Part shown: in pieces, positions 1-12,331 of the stretch
Layout of the letters: each line of letters opens with the position of its first letter
Position numbering within the stretch: the stretch's first letter is position 1
Source of the DNA: Squalus acanthias
Lineage: Eukaryota
Direction of reading: 5' to 3'
NCBI GenBank assembly: GCA_030390025.1
Contig: CM059431.1
Coordinates: 157,110,001-157,174,000, forward strand
Length of the DNA stretch: 64,000 bases
The notes under the pieces: generated by a model
The model's database searches: none
What the model saw: the letters and a program-made list of their open reading frames with translations, nothing else
Told to the model about the DNA's origin: nothing
Position numbers and translations under genes: made by a program

Positions 1-3000
1 ACTTGGCAGAGGGATGGGATACGGAGTGGAGCTATAGTAGGGGGTGATGAGCAGCCAAATATAGAGGAAAAAACAATTCAGTTTGGAAGTCAGAGCAAAA
101 TATGTAACGGCACAAGTGAGTATGGCAAGTCTGGCGGGCATTCATTTCAATGCAAGTAGTCTTGCGAGTAAGGCAGTTAAATTGAAGTTGTTGATGAACA
201 CATGGGAGTATGATATTGTTGCTATCACGGAGACAAGGTTGAGGGTGTGCCAGGACTGGCAGCTCATTATTACGGGGTATAGAATCTTCAGGCGAGACAG
301 ATGTGGGTGTAAAAGAGGAGGGGGTGTCGCAATATTAATCAAGGAGTCAATTACTACAGTAAGGAGGGATGATATCATAGCAGGTTCCTCTAATGAGGCC
401 ATATGGGTAGAACTTAAAAATAAAAAGGGGGCAAGCACTTTCCTAGGAGTGCACAATAGGCCCCCAAACATTCAGGGGCGATAGAGGAACAGATATGTAG
501 GCAAATCTCAGAGAAGTGTTGATATAATAAGGTAATAATAGTAGGGGTTTTCAACTTCGCCAATATTAACTGGGACAGTCAGAGTGTGAAAGGCTTAGAG
601 GGTGCGGAATTCTTACAGTGCATCCAGGAGAGCTTTTTGAGCCAGTTTGTCGAAAGTCCTACAAGAGAGGGGGCGGTACTAGAACTAATTCTAAGGAATG
701 CAGCCGGGCAAGTGGTAGAAGTGTCTGTCGGAGAGCATTTTCGTGACAGTGACCGTAATTCGGTGAGATTTAAGGTAGTCATGGAAAAGGACAAAGATGG
801 ACAGGAGATAAAGGTTCTAAATTGGGGGAAGGCCGATTTTAATACAGAACATAGAACATAGAACAGTATAGCACAGTACAGGACCTTCGGCCCTCGATGT
901 TGTGCCGAGCATTGTCCGAAACCAAGATCAAGCTTTCCCACTCCCTAACATTCTGGTGTGCTCAATGTGCTTATCCAATAACCGCTTGAAAGTTCCTAAA
1001 GTGTCCGACTCCACTATCACAGCAGGCAGTCCATTCCACACCCCAACCACTCTCTGAGTAAAGAATCTACCTCGGACATCCCTTCTATATCTCCCCTCAT
1101 GCACCTTATAGTTATGCCCGCTAGTAACAGCTACATCCACCCGAGGAAATAGTCCCTGAACTTGCACTCTATCTATCCCCCTCATCATCTTTTCAACCTC
1201 TATTAAGTCGCCTCTCATCCTCCACCGCTCTAAAGAGAAAAGCCCTAGCTCCCTCAATCTTTCCAAATAAGACCTCCCCCCAAACCAGGCAGCATCTTGG
1301 TAAATCTCCTTTGCACTCTTTCCAATGCTTCCACGTCCTTCCTATCGTGAGGTGACCAGAACTGCACACAATATTCCAAATGTGGTCTCACCAAAGTCCT
1401 GTACAGTTGCAGCATAACCTCACGGTTCTTAAACTCAAACCCCTTGTTAATAAACGCTAAAACACTATAGGCCTTCTTTACTGCTCTATCCACTTGAGTG
1501 GCAACCTTCAGAGATCTGTGGATATGAGCCCCCAGATCCCTCTGTTCCTCCACGTCCCTCAGAACCCTGCCGTTGACCCTGTAATCCTTATTCAAAATTG
1601 GCCTACCAAAATGAATCACCTCGCACTTATCAGGGCTAAATTCCATCTTAAATTTTTCGGCCCAGCTCTGCATCCTATCAATGCCTCTTTGCAGCCTACA
1701 ACAGCCCTCCACCTCATCCACTACACCACCAATCTTGGTGTCATCAGCAAATTTACTGATCCACCCTACAGTCCCCTCCTCCTAGTCATTGATAAAAATC
1801 ACAAACAGCACTGGACCCAGCACCGACCCCCGTGGCACACCGCTGGTAACTGGTCTCCAGTCCGAACATTTTCCATCCACCACCACCCTCTGGCTTCTAT
1901 GAGATAGCCAGTTACTTATCCAATCGGCCAAATTTCCCTCTATCCCACAACTCCTTACTTTCTTCATGAGACGACCATGGGGAACCTTACCAAACGCCTT
2001 ACTAAAATCCATGTATACGACATCAACTGCTCTACCTTCATCTACACACTTAGTTAACTCCTCAAAGAATTCAATCAAATTTGTTAGGCAAGACTTACCC
2101 TTCACGAATCCGTGTTGACTATCCCGGATTAAGTTGCATCTTTCCAAATGGTCATAAATCATATCCCTCAGGACATTTTCCATTATCTTACCAATCACCG
2201 AAGTAAGACTAACCGGCCTATAATTACCAGGGTCATTCCTATTTCCTTTCTTGAAGAAGGAACAACATTCGCCACTCTCCAGTCATCTGCCACAATCCCC
2301 GTGGACAGTGAGGACCCAAGGATCAACGCCAAAGGCTCTGCAATCTCCTCCCTTGCCTCCCAAAGAATCCTCGGATATATCCCATCTGGCCCAGGGGACT
2401 TATCGACCCTCAGGTTCTTCAAAATTGCTAAAACATCTTCCCTCAGAACATCTACCTCATCCAGCCTATCCACCTTTATCACACTCTCATCCTCAAAAAA
2501 TGTTCCCTCTCCTCGGTGAAAAGTATTAATTCATCACCTCTCCTATCTCTTCTGACTCCATGCACAAGTTCCCACTACTGTCCTTGACCGGCCCTACCCT
2601 CACTCTGGTCATTCTTTTATTTCTCACATAAGAGTAAAAAGCCTTGGGGTATTCCTTGATCCGACTCGCCAAGGACTTCTCATGCCCCCTCCTAGCTCTC
2701 CTAAGCTCTTTTTTTAGCTCATTCCTTGCTACCTTGTACCCCTCAATCGACTCAACTGAACCTTGTTTTCTCATCCTTACATACGCTTCATTTTTCCTCT
2801 TGACTAGACATTCAACTAATTTTGTGAACCATGGTTCTCTCATTCGGCCATTTCCTCCCTGCCTGACAGGGACATACCTATCAAGGACACGCAGTAATTG
2901 CTCCATGAAAAAGAACCGCTTTTCGTTTGTGCCTTTCCCTGACAGTTTATGTTCCCATCTTATGCTCCCTTAATTCTTGCCTAATCGCATCATAATTACC

Positions 3001-3812
3001 CCTCCCCCAATTATAAACCCTGCCCTGCCGTATTGCCCTATCCCTCTCCATTGCAATAGTGAAAGTCACCGAATTGTGGTCACTATCTCCAAAGTGCTAT
3101 CCCAAATACAAATCAAACACTTGGCCCGATTCATTACCCAGTACCAAATCCAATGTGGCCCCAGCTCTTGTCGGCCTATCCACATATTGTGTCAGGAAAC
3201 CCTCCTGCACACACTGTGCAAAAACTATCCCATCCGAACTGTTTGACCTATAACGTTTCCAATCAATATTTGGAAAGCTAAAGTCACCCATGACAACTAC
3301 TCTGTGACCTCCACACCTATTCAAATTCTGCTTTGCAATTTCTTCCTCCACATCTCTATTAATATTTGGGGGCCTGTAGAAAACTCCTAACAACGTGACC
3401 GCTCCTTTCCTATTTCTAACTTCAGCCCATATTACCTCAGAAGGCAGATCCCCCTGGAACTGCCTTTCTGCCGCTGTTAAACTATCCTTGATTAACAATG
3501 CTACACTTCCACCTTTCTTACCACCTTCCCTACTCTTACTGAAACATCTATTCCCCGGAACTACCAACAACCATTCCTGTCCCTGTTCTAACCATGTCTC
3601 CGTAATGGCCTCCACATCGTAGTCCCAAGTACCAATCCACGCTCCAAGTTCTCCTACATTATTCCGGATGCTCCTTGCATTGAAGTAGTCACACTTCAAG
3701 CCACCTTCCTGTCTGCCGGTACATTCCTGCGACCTTGATACCCTCTTCAGTACCTCCCTACACTCAACACTGGCTCCTGGACTACAGCCCTTTTTCCCAT
3801 CCCCCTGACAAA

Positions 3813-4739
3813 TTAGTGTAAACCCCCCCGAAGAGCCGTAGCAAATTTCCCTCCCAGGAAATTGGTGCCCCTCTGGTTCAGGTGCAAACCGTCCTTTTTG
3901 AACAGGTCCCACCTTCCCCAGAATGTGCTCCAATTATCCACATAACTGAAACCCTCCCCCCTACACCATCCCTGCAGCCACGTGTTCATCTGCACTCTCT
4001 CCCGGTTCCTCAACTCGCTAGCACGTGAAACCGGCAACAAACCAGAGATTACAACATGGTTTGTACTGGCTCTCAGCTTCCAACCTAGCTCCCTAAATTC
4101 CTGTTTTAAACCCCCGTCCTTTCTCCTTCCTATGTCGTTGGTACCGATGTGTACCACGACTTGTGATTGTTCCCCCTCCCCCTTGAGGATTCTCAAAACA
4201 CGGTCCGAGACGTCACGGACCCTGGCACCCGGGAGGCAACATACCATCCGTGAGTCTCTTTTGCTGCCACAGAACCTCCTATCTGTCCCTCTGACTATTG
4301 AGTCCCCAGTAACTAATGCTCTCCTGCTCTCCCCCCTTCCCTTCTGAGCTACAGTGACGGACTCTGCGCCGGAGATCTGGTCACCATGGCTTACCACTGG
4401 TAGGTCGTCCCCCACAACAGTATCCGAAGCGGTATACTTGTTACTGAGGGGAACGACCACAGAGGATCCCTGCACTGACTGCTTCCTCCTAGCCCCTCTC
4501 AATGTCACCCATCTATCTTCATTCTTTGGAGTAACTACATCCCTGAAGCTTCTATCTATGACCACTTCTGCCTCCCGAATGATCAGAAGTTCATCCAGCT
4601 CCAGCTCCAGTTCCCTAACGCGGTTTTCGAGGAGCTGGAGATGGGTGCACTTCCCACAGGTGTAATCAGCAGGGACACTGATGGCGTCCCTCACCTCAAA
4701 CATTCTGCAGGAGGAATATTTCACTGCCTCCCCTGCCAT
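3813..4739 (-). CDS. CR1 ORF1 protein: N-terminal zinc finger/leucine-zipper + SGNH(GDSL) esterase domain
   Basis: 308 aa open frame; YTCGKC..LENRVRELELELDEL coiled coil; GDSIVRG, HIGTND, DGLHLN esterase blocks, as known for vertebrate CR1 ORF1p. Confidence 0.9.
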   Translation of the reverse strand: MAGEAVKYSSCRMFEVRDAISVPADYTCGKCTHLQLLENRVRELELELDELLIIREAEVVIDRSFRDVVTPKNEDRWVTLRGARRKQSVQGSSVVVPLSNKYTASDTVVGDDLPVVSHGDQISGAESVTVAQKGRGESRRALVTGDSIVRGTDRRFCGSKRDSRMVCCLPGARVRDVSDRVLRILKGEGEQSQVVVHIGTNDIGRRKDGGLKQEFRELGWKLRASTNHVVISGLLPVSRASELRNRERVQMNTWLQGWCRGEGFSYVDNWSTFWGRWDLFKKDGLHLNQRGTNFLGGKFATALRGGLH

Positions 4740-4942
4740 CCCCCCCAGCTAACTTGCGGATTGAACGAGAACAAGAAAGAGCTTTCCTGATATTCACTCA
4801 CCCCATTTAGGTTAGAGGAGGTGGAAGGGTGGGGGACACTACAAGTGTAGTGTCTCGGGTTTAGGAACCGCCCAACTTATATATAGCTAAAAATTAATCA
4901 GTTACCCAGCAACCACTGCGACCCGCACTACAAAAACACTCA

Positions 4943-5150
4943 ACAGGTCCGCCTCCGCCGCTGCTCCCGCGCTGCTCTCGGCCTCGCTGCCACCTCGGGC
5001 TTACCTTTTGTACTCCGCTCTCCTCCGCTCCCTCACAGGTCCGCCGCCTCCGCCGCCGCGTTGCTCTGGGCCTCGCTGCCGCCTCGGGCTTACCTTTTGT
5101 ACTCCGCTCTCCTCCGCTCCCTCACAGGTCCGCCGCCTCCGCCGCCGCGC
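4943..5150 (-). repeat. ~90-bp GC/CpG-rich tandem monomers (about 2.3 copies) at the CR1 5' end
   Basis: acaggtccgcc...gggcttaccttttgtactccgctctcctccgctccctc recurs starting near 4943, 5035 and 5124. Confidence 0.85.
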
Positions 5151-7339
5151 TGATAAGGGAGGATCTTGCCAATGTGGACTGGGATCAGCTACTTGTAGGA
5201 AAATCCATATCAGAGCAGTGTGAGTTATTCAGAAAGAAAATAGAGAGAGTGCAGTTCCAACATGTTCCCGTAAAGGTCAAGGGTGGGAACAACAAGGCCA
5301 AGGGAACCCTGGATGTCAAGGGATATACAAGAATGGATTTTTAAAAGAATGGAGCCGTTTGGCAGATACAAAGGACCAAAAACAGTGGAAGCCCTAGAGG
5401 AGTATGGAATGTGCAGAGGGGTACTCAAGAAATAAATTAGGAGTGCGAAGAGGGGTCAATAAAAAACACTGGTGTGCAAACTAAAGGAATAACCCAAGGT
5501 GTTTTCTAAGTATATTAAGGGCAAGAGGATAACCAGCGAAAGAGTAGGGCCCATTTGAGACAAAAGTGGCAATCTCTGTGCAGAGCCGAAAGATGTAGGT
5601 GAGGTTTTAAAGTAATATTTTGCATCTGTGTTCATTATAGAGAAGGACGAAATAGGCATATAAATCAGGCAGGGGTGTTGTGATATACTTGAACACATTA
5701 TCATTGAGAGGGAGGAGGCACTAGCGGTTTTAGTCGGCTTAAATATGGATAAAACCCCAGGCCGAAACGGGATGTATCCCAGGATGCTGTGTGAGGCAAG
5801 GGAGGAGATTGCAGGGGATCTGACACAAATTTTCAGAATTTCTCAGCCACAGGGGAGGTGCCAGTGGGCTGGAGGTCAGCTAACGTAGTAGCATTATTCA
5901 AGAAGGGTAGTTGGGATAAAGCAGCGAACTGCAGACCAGTGAGCCTAACATCAGTGGTAGGGAAATTATTGGAAACAATTCTGAGTGACAGAATTATTCT
6001 TCACATCGAGAGGCAATAATTAATCAAGTATAGTCAGCACGGCTTTGTCAGGGGGAGATCATGTCAAACCAATTTGATTGAATTTTTCGAGTGGTAACTA
6101 GGTGTGTGGATGAGAGTTATGCAGTTGATGTAGTCTACATGGACTTCAGTAAGGCTTTTGACAAAGTCCCGCATGGGAGACTGGTCAAGAATTAAGAGCC
6201 CATGGGATCCAGGGCAATTTGGTATATTGGATCCAAAATTGGCTTCGTGGCAGGAAGCAGAGGGTGAGGTCGAAGGTTGTTTTTGTGACTGGAGGCCTGT
6301 GTCCAGTGGTGTACCGCAGGGTTCGGTGCTTGGTCCCTTGCTTTTTGTCGTGTACATTAATGATTTAGATATGTATTTAGGAGGTATGATCAGTAAGTTC
6401 GCAGATGACACGAAAATTGCTGGAGTGGTAAATAGCGAGGAGGGAAGCCTTAGGCTACAGGACGATATAGACGGGTTGGTCAGATGAGCAGAACAGTGGC
6501 AAATGGAATTTAACCCTGAAAGGTGTGAGGTGATGCATTTTTGGGAGGACTAAGAAGGCAAGGGTATACATAATGAATGGTAGGACCGTAGGAAGAACAG
6601 AGGATCAGAGGGTCCTTAGTGTGCATATACATAGATCTCTGAAGGCAGGAGGAAATTTAGATAAGGTGCTTTAAAAGGCATATGGGATATTTGCCTTCAT
6701 TAGCCGAGGCATAAAATATAAAAGCAGGAAGGTTATGATGGAACTGTACAAAACGTTAGTTAGACCACAGCTGGAATACTGTGGGCAGTTCTGGTCGCCA
6801 AACTATAGGAAGGACGTGATTGCTTTGGAAAGGGTGCAGAGGAGATTCACCAAAATGTTACTTGGGCCGGAGCGCTTTAGCTGTGAAGAGAGACTGGACA
6901 GGCTGGGGTTGTTTTCCTTAGAGCAGCGAAGGCTGGGGGGGTAACTGATTGAGGTGTGCAAAATTATAAGAGGAATAGATAGGGTATATAGAAAGGAACT
7001 TTTCCCCTTAGAAGCGGGGTCAATAACCAGGTGCCATAGTTTCAACGTAAGTGCCAGGGGGTTTAGTGGGGATTTGTGGAAAACCTTTTTCACGCAGAGG
7101 GTGGTTGGAATCTGGAATTCATTGCCTGAAAGGTTGGTAGAGGCAGGAAGCCAGCCAGGATCTTTGCTGTACGTCATCTCATTCGGAATCAGTCCCTGGG
7201 ACGTGCAGATATATTTCAGCATATTCAGCGTGTCCGCAAATTCCTGCCAGATTAGCTACAGTGCCAGCATGCGTGCTCGGTGCCCTAGAGTACTCCGCCC
7301 GCCCTCTTGTGCCAGACACGGTGCAATGCCATTCCGTGG

Positions 7340-10300
7340 GGTGGGGCTGGGTCCGTGTATTGTCATTGTCTAGTTGGGTAAGTGCAGTATTGGGCAGGGT
7401 GAGTGGGGTGTCGTTGTTGGTCTGGGTGAGTCGGGTGTCAGTGTAGGGCAGGGTCAGTGGGTTGTCGGGTTAGGGTGCATCAGTGGAGGTCGGTTTCGGT
7501 CTAGGTCAGTCGGGTGTCAGTGTAGGGCTGGCTCAGTGGGGTGTCGGTCTTGGGCAATGTCAGTGGGTTGTCGATGTTGGGTCAGTGAGTGTGTCAGTGT
7601 TGGACTATGTCAGTGGGGTGTCGGTGTTGGGCTGGGTCAGCGGCGTTTTGGTGTTGGGCTGTGTGAGTGGGGTGTCCGTGTTGGGCTGAGTGAGTGGTGT
7701 GTCGGTGTTGGGCTGTGTCAGTGAGGGTGTCAGTGTTGGGCTATGTCAGTGGGGTGTCGGTTTTGGGCTGGCTCAGTGGGGTGTCGGACTTGGTCAATGT
7801 CAGTGGGGTGTCGATGTTGGGTCAGTGAGGGTGTCGGTGTTGGGCTATGTCAGTGAGGGTGTCAGTGTTGGTCTGTGTAAGTGGGATGTCTGTGTTGGGT
7901 TCCGTCTGTGGCTTGTAGGTATTGACTGTATCAGTTGCGGTGCCGTTGTTTGGCTGGATCAGTGGGATGTCGGTGTTGGGCTGGGTCAGTGGTGTTTGGG
8001 TGTAGGGCTGTGTCAGTGGTGTTTCGTTTAGGGATGGGTCAGCGTTTTGTCGTTGTATGTCTTTGTCCGTGGGGGTTCGGTGTAGGTCTTGGTCAGTGTG
8101 GTGCCGCTGTCGGGCCAGTGAGGGTTGCAGTTTTGGGCTGGGTCAGTGGGGTGTCGGTGTTTGGCTGGGTGAGTGGGGTGGCAGGTTTGCGCTGGATCCG
8201 TGTGGTGTCGGTGTTGAACTTGGTCAGTGCGATGCCTTTGTTTGTTTGGGTCAGTGGGGTGACGGTGTTGGGCTGGGTCAGTGGTGTTTGGGTGTAGGGC
8301 TGGGTCAGTGGGGTTTCGTTTCGGGATGGGTCAGCGTGTTGTCGTTGTATGTCTGTGTCCGTGGGAGTTCGGTGTAGGTCTTGGTCAGTGGGGTGCCGCT
8401 GTCGGAACAGTGAGGGTTTCAGTGTTGGGCTGGGTCAGAGGGGTGTCGTTTTCTGCTGTTTTAGGTTGGTTTTTGGTGTAGTGCTTGCACAGTGGGGTGA
8501 CGTTGCAGGTCTGGGTAAGTGGGCTGTCGGTCTCTGGGCAAGGTGAGTAGGGTGTCACTATTGTGTCAGAGAGGGTGTCGGTGTTGAATGGGGTCAATGG
8601 TGTGTCGGTGTTGGGCTGGGTCAGTGGGGTGTCGGTGTTGGGCTGGGTCGGGGCGGTGTCGGTGTAGGACTGGGTCAGTGGGGTGTCGGTGTTGTATCAG
8701 TGAGGTTGTCGGTGTTTTGCTGGGACAGTGGGGTGTCAGTGTAGGGCTGTGTCAGTGTGGTTTCGGTGTTGGGCTGTGTCAGTGGGGTGTCGGTGTTGGC
8801 CTGGGCCAGTGGGATGTCGGTGTAGGACTGGGTCAGTGGGGTGTCGGTGTTGTGTCAGTGAGGTTGTCGGTGTTTTGCTGGGACAGTGGAATGTCAGTGT
8901 AGGGCTGTGTCAGTCTGGTATCGGTGTTGGGCTGTGTCAGTGGGGTGTCGGTGTTGTGCTGGGACAGTTGGTTGTCGGTGTAGGTCTGGGTCAGTGTGGT
9001 GTCGGTGTTGGGCTGGGTCAGTGGGGTGTCGGTGTTGGGCTGGGTCAGTGTGGTGTCGGTGTTGTGCTGGAACAGTGGGTTGTCGGTGTAGGGCTGGGAC
9101 AGTGGGGTTTCGGTGTTGTGCTGGGACATTGGGTTGTCGGTGTAGGCCTGGGTGAATGTGGTGTCGGTGTTGGTTATCTCAAGGTGTCGGGGATGGTGTG
9201 GTTCAGTGGGGTGTTGGGCTGGGTCAGTGGGGTGTCGGTGTAGGACTGGGTCAGTGTGTTGTGGGTGTGGGGCTGTGTCAGTGGTGTGTCGGTGTTGTGC
9301 TGGGATAGTGGGTTGTCAGGGTAGGGCAGGGTCAGTGGGGTGTCGGTGTAGGGCTGAGTCAGTGAGTGTGTCGGTGTAGGGCTGGGTCAGTGGGGTGTCT
9401 GTGTAGGTCTGGGTCAGTGAGGGTATCGGTGTAGGTCTGACTCAGTGAGGGTGTCGATGCTGGGCTGGGTCAGTAGGGTGTCGGTGTTGTGCTAGGACAG
9501 TGGGTTGTCGGGGTAGGGCTGGGTCAGTGGGGTGTCGTTGCTGGGCAGGATCAGTGTGGTGTCGGTGTTGGGCTTGGTCAGTATGTTGTCGGTGTAGGGC
9601 TGGGTCAGTGTGCTGTCGGTGTTGAGCTGGGTCCGTTGATTGTCGGTGTAGGGCTGGGTCAGTGGGGTGTCGGTGTTGGGCTGTGTCAGTGGGGTGTCGG
9701 TGTAGGGCTGGGTCAGTGGGGTGTGGGTGGTGGGCTGAGTCAGTGTGGTGTCGGTGTTGAGCTGGGTCCGTTGATTGTCGGTGTAGGGCTGGGTCAGTGG
9801 GGTGTCGGAATTGGGCTGGGTCAGTGTGGTGTCGGTGTTGAGCTGGGTCCGTTGATTGTCGGTGTTGGGCTGTGTCAGTGCGGTGTCGGTGTTGGGCTGG
9901 GTCAGTGGGGTGTCGGTGTTGGGCTGTGTCAGTGGGGTGTCGGTGTTGGGCTGGGTCAGTGATGTGTCGGTGTTGTGCTGGGTCAGTGGGTGTCGGTGTT
10001 GGGCTGGGTCAGTTGGGTGTCGGTGTTGGGCTTGGTCAGTGTGGTGTCGGTGTTGGGCTGGGTCAGTGGGGTGTCGGTGTTGGGCTGGGTCAGTGGGGTG
10101 TCGGTGTTGTGCTGGGTCAGTGTGCTGTCGGTGTTGTGCTGGGTCAGTGTGGTGTCGTTGTTGGGCTGGGTCAGTGAGGTGTCGGTGTTGGGCTTGGTCA
10201 GTGAGGTTTCCGTGTTGGGCTGTGTCAGTGGGGTGTCGGTGTTGGGTCAGTGTGGTGTCTTTGGTGGGCTGGGACTGTGGGTGTCGGTGTTGGGCTTGGT

Positions 10301-11066
10301 CAGTGTGGTGCCGGTGTTGGTCTGGGTCAGTGGGGTTTCGGTGTTGGGCTGCGTTAGTGTAGTGTCGGTGTTGGGCTGGGTCAGTGGGGTGTCGGTGTAG
10401 GGCTGGGTCAGTGTGTTATCGGTGTTGGTCTCGGTCCGTGTGTTGTCGGTGTTGGTCTGGGTCAGTGGGTGTCGGTTTTGTGCTTGGTCAGTGATGTGTC
10501 GGTGTTGTGCTGTGTCAGTGGGGTGTCGGTGTTGGGCGGGTCAGTGGGGTGTCGGTGTTGTGCTGGGTCAGTGTGGTGTCGGTGTTGGGCTGGGTCAGTG
10601 TGGTGTCGGTGTTGGTCTGGGTCATTGGGGTGTCGGTGTTCGGCTGGGTCAGTGGTGTGTCGGTGTTGTTCTGGGTCATTGGGGTGTCGGTATTGGGCTG
10701 GGTCAGTGTGGTGTCGGTGTTGATTTGGGTCTGTGGCTTATCGGTGTAGGACTGCGTCAGTGTCGTGTCGGTGTTGGGTCAGTGGGTTGTCGGTGTTGGT
10801 CTGGGTCAGTGGGTTATCGGGGTAGGACTGCGTCAGTGTCGTGTCGGTGTTGGGTCAGTGGGGTGTCGGTGTTGGTCTGGGTCAGTGGGGTGTCGGTGTA
10901 GGACTGGTTCAGTGGGGTGTCGGTGTTGGGTCAGTGGGGTGTCGGTGTTGGGTCAGTGTGATGTCGGTGTTGGTCTGGATCAGTGGGATGTCGGTGTAGG
11001 ACTGGGTCAGTGGGGTGTCGGTGTTGGGCTGGGTAAGTGGGGCGCCGATGTAGGGCTGGGTCAGTG
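7340..11066. repeat. G/T-rich 27-bp minisatellite, ~3.7 kb
   Basis: Consensus unit GGGTCAGTGGGGTGTCGGTGTTGGGCT, more degenerate at the left end; gives spurious GQWGVGVGL / CRCWAGSVG ORFs. Confidence 0.97.
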
Positions 11067-11252
11067 ATATATCCGAGAATGTGTACAGGAGAAAATATTG
11101 AACTCCTATTTCCCTGAATCCTTTCAAATTTACAAAGATGTTGAGTATTTTTCCGATTTAAACATGGAGATGTACATGATCGTCGAGATTCTGAATGTTA
11201 CTGTTTATTATTCCCGACACAGCCAGATAGTGAACCAAGGTTAGGAAAGGAC

Positions 11253-11367
11253 ATGGGCAGTAGTGATTTCGATTCTCTGACCTACAGTAGTGAACACATT
11301 TTTCTGTTTATTTGCACCATTGAGGAGCCGGCTGGAGTTCCGAAACTGAGATATGTCAGCGATTCAG
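11253..11367 (+). CDS. Tentative first coding exon of the NLR (MGSSDFDSLTY...YVSDS)
   Basis: ATG-started open frame ending CAG|gttaat in phase 1, matching the phase-1 acceptor at 12165. An alternative ATG at ~11164 with donor AAG|gttagg also fits. Confidence 0.4.
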
Positions 11368-11444
11368 GTTAATCCAGCGATGCATATCAAATCTCTTAAA
11401 TTTTACTCAATTACAGATGTGTAAGAAATAATTGCCATAATATT

Positions 11445-12114
11445 GGCCTAGAAATTTCAGTCTGCGGTGTTCCTCCGGAGTATGACGCGGACCTGTCAAA
11501 AGATTAAGAACCTACCTGATGTGCCCCCTCCTTCGTGAATTAGCTCTCTGATGTTGCACACTGGAGGGCAGCGTCATGGCCCACAGATCCCAGGGACGCA
11601 GACTGTGTGGAAGCGTCCCTGGGATAATGTGGGCCTGTGCTGCAAATCAGTAAACAGATTTAGATTTAACATAATTTCAGAAGGGAATCCCATAATCAGA
11701 TTTAATTACTATCACTTTACAGGATTTGAATTTAATCCCTAATAAGCTTCTTTCCACCAATTCCACTAAAGCTTAGTTCTGTTAGTAAAAAAATAATTTT
11801 GCTGATAATAATTATCGACATTGTTAAAAACTCTAATCTTTGCAGAAGCAGAAAAAAAACTAAAGTGATTCAATTAAGCAATCTGTTTTCCGAGATGAAA
11901 ATGGTTAAAACAAGCATAAGGCTCTGTGTCTGCTAACATCAACCGTTACATTTTCGTCCGTAAATGCTGGGAAAATAGCCCAACTCTGCGCCAGCAATTG
12001 ATTTTTCTTTGCTGGTGCAGATGATCTGTCAATGCTTACACTGACAGATCGCAAGTCCGGGACTAAGCGCATGCGCAAGCAAATTTTGCGTATTCTCAGT
12101 GCAAATTCTTGTCC
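11445..12114. mobile_element. Old Harbinger-type MITE
   Basis: Left end att|GGCCTAGAAATTT, degenerate right end gcaaattcttgtcc|gtt; internal ccagggacgca...tgggat block shared with the MITEs at 19757 and 60573. Confidence 0.6.
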
Positions 12115-12164
12115 GTTATTCTTATTGTAATCATTTTTCTTTCTCCTTTATCTCTCGACTATAG

Positions 12165-12331
12165 ACCCTGAGGCTCAACAAAACGAACTTCTGGCAAGTT
12201 TCAGCAACAATGAGCTCCGGAGAATCACAGAATTCTACCGTCAGAGATTGGAAGACGCTATTGAAGAATTTACTGATCCTGTTAGTGTGGCGTTACTGAA
12301 TAAAGATGTAATTGATGGCATAGAATATCAG
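12165..12331 (+). CDS. NLR exon: N-terminal half of CARD-like death-fold domain
   Basis: Pyrimidine tract + tatag acceptor; DPEAQQNELLASFSNNELRRITEFYRQRLEDAIEEFTDPVSVALLNKDVIDGIEYQ; CAG|gtacat donor. Below the ORF-track length cut-off. Confidence 0.8.

Larger units (their letters stand above)
845..5150 (-). mobile_element. Full-length CR1 LINE (copy B): GC-rich tandem 5' UTR, ORF1, frameshifted ORF2, (TTCTATG)n tail
   Basis: Tail reads cagaacatagaacatagaac at 845 on +; ORF2 fragments 928-3933 (EN, RT); ORF1 3813-4739; ~90-bp monomers 4943-5150; inserted with no visible TSD. Confidence 0.95.
1..7147 (+). mobile_element. Degenerate CR1 LINE (copy A), ORF2 region (APE endonuclease + RT), split by nested insertion at 845-5150
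   Basis: EN motifs (FNASSL, AITETRL, GGGVAILIK) at 83-861; RT motifs (GVPQGSVLGP, KFADDTK, LVRPQLEYC) at 6158-7147 with stops/frameshifts. Joining 844 to 5151 restores KADFN-MIREDLANVDW. Confidence 0.93.

Noticed and set aside
4805..4875. Resemblance to twister/HDV ribozyme or flavivirus GGTTAGAGGAG motif
   Set aside because: Only short word matches; I could not build the required pairing order by eye.
7340..11066. CRISPR-like or telomeric array
   Set aside because: No unique spacers, no cas genes, no TTAGGG; vertebrate context.
7374..11127. Many Gly/Val/Trp/Cys-rich ORFs resembling structural or keratin-associated proteins
   Set aside because: A 27-bp A-poor unit gives open frames in all phases; frames shift and stop at random.
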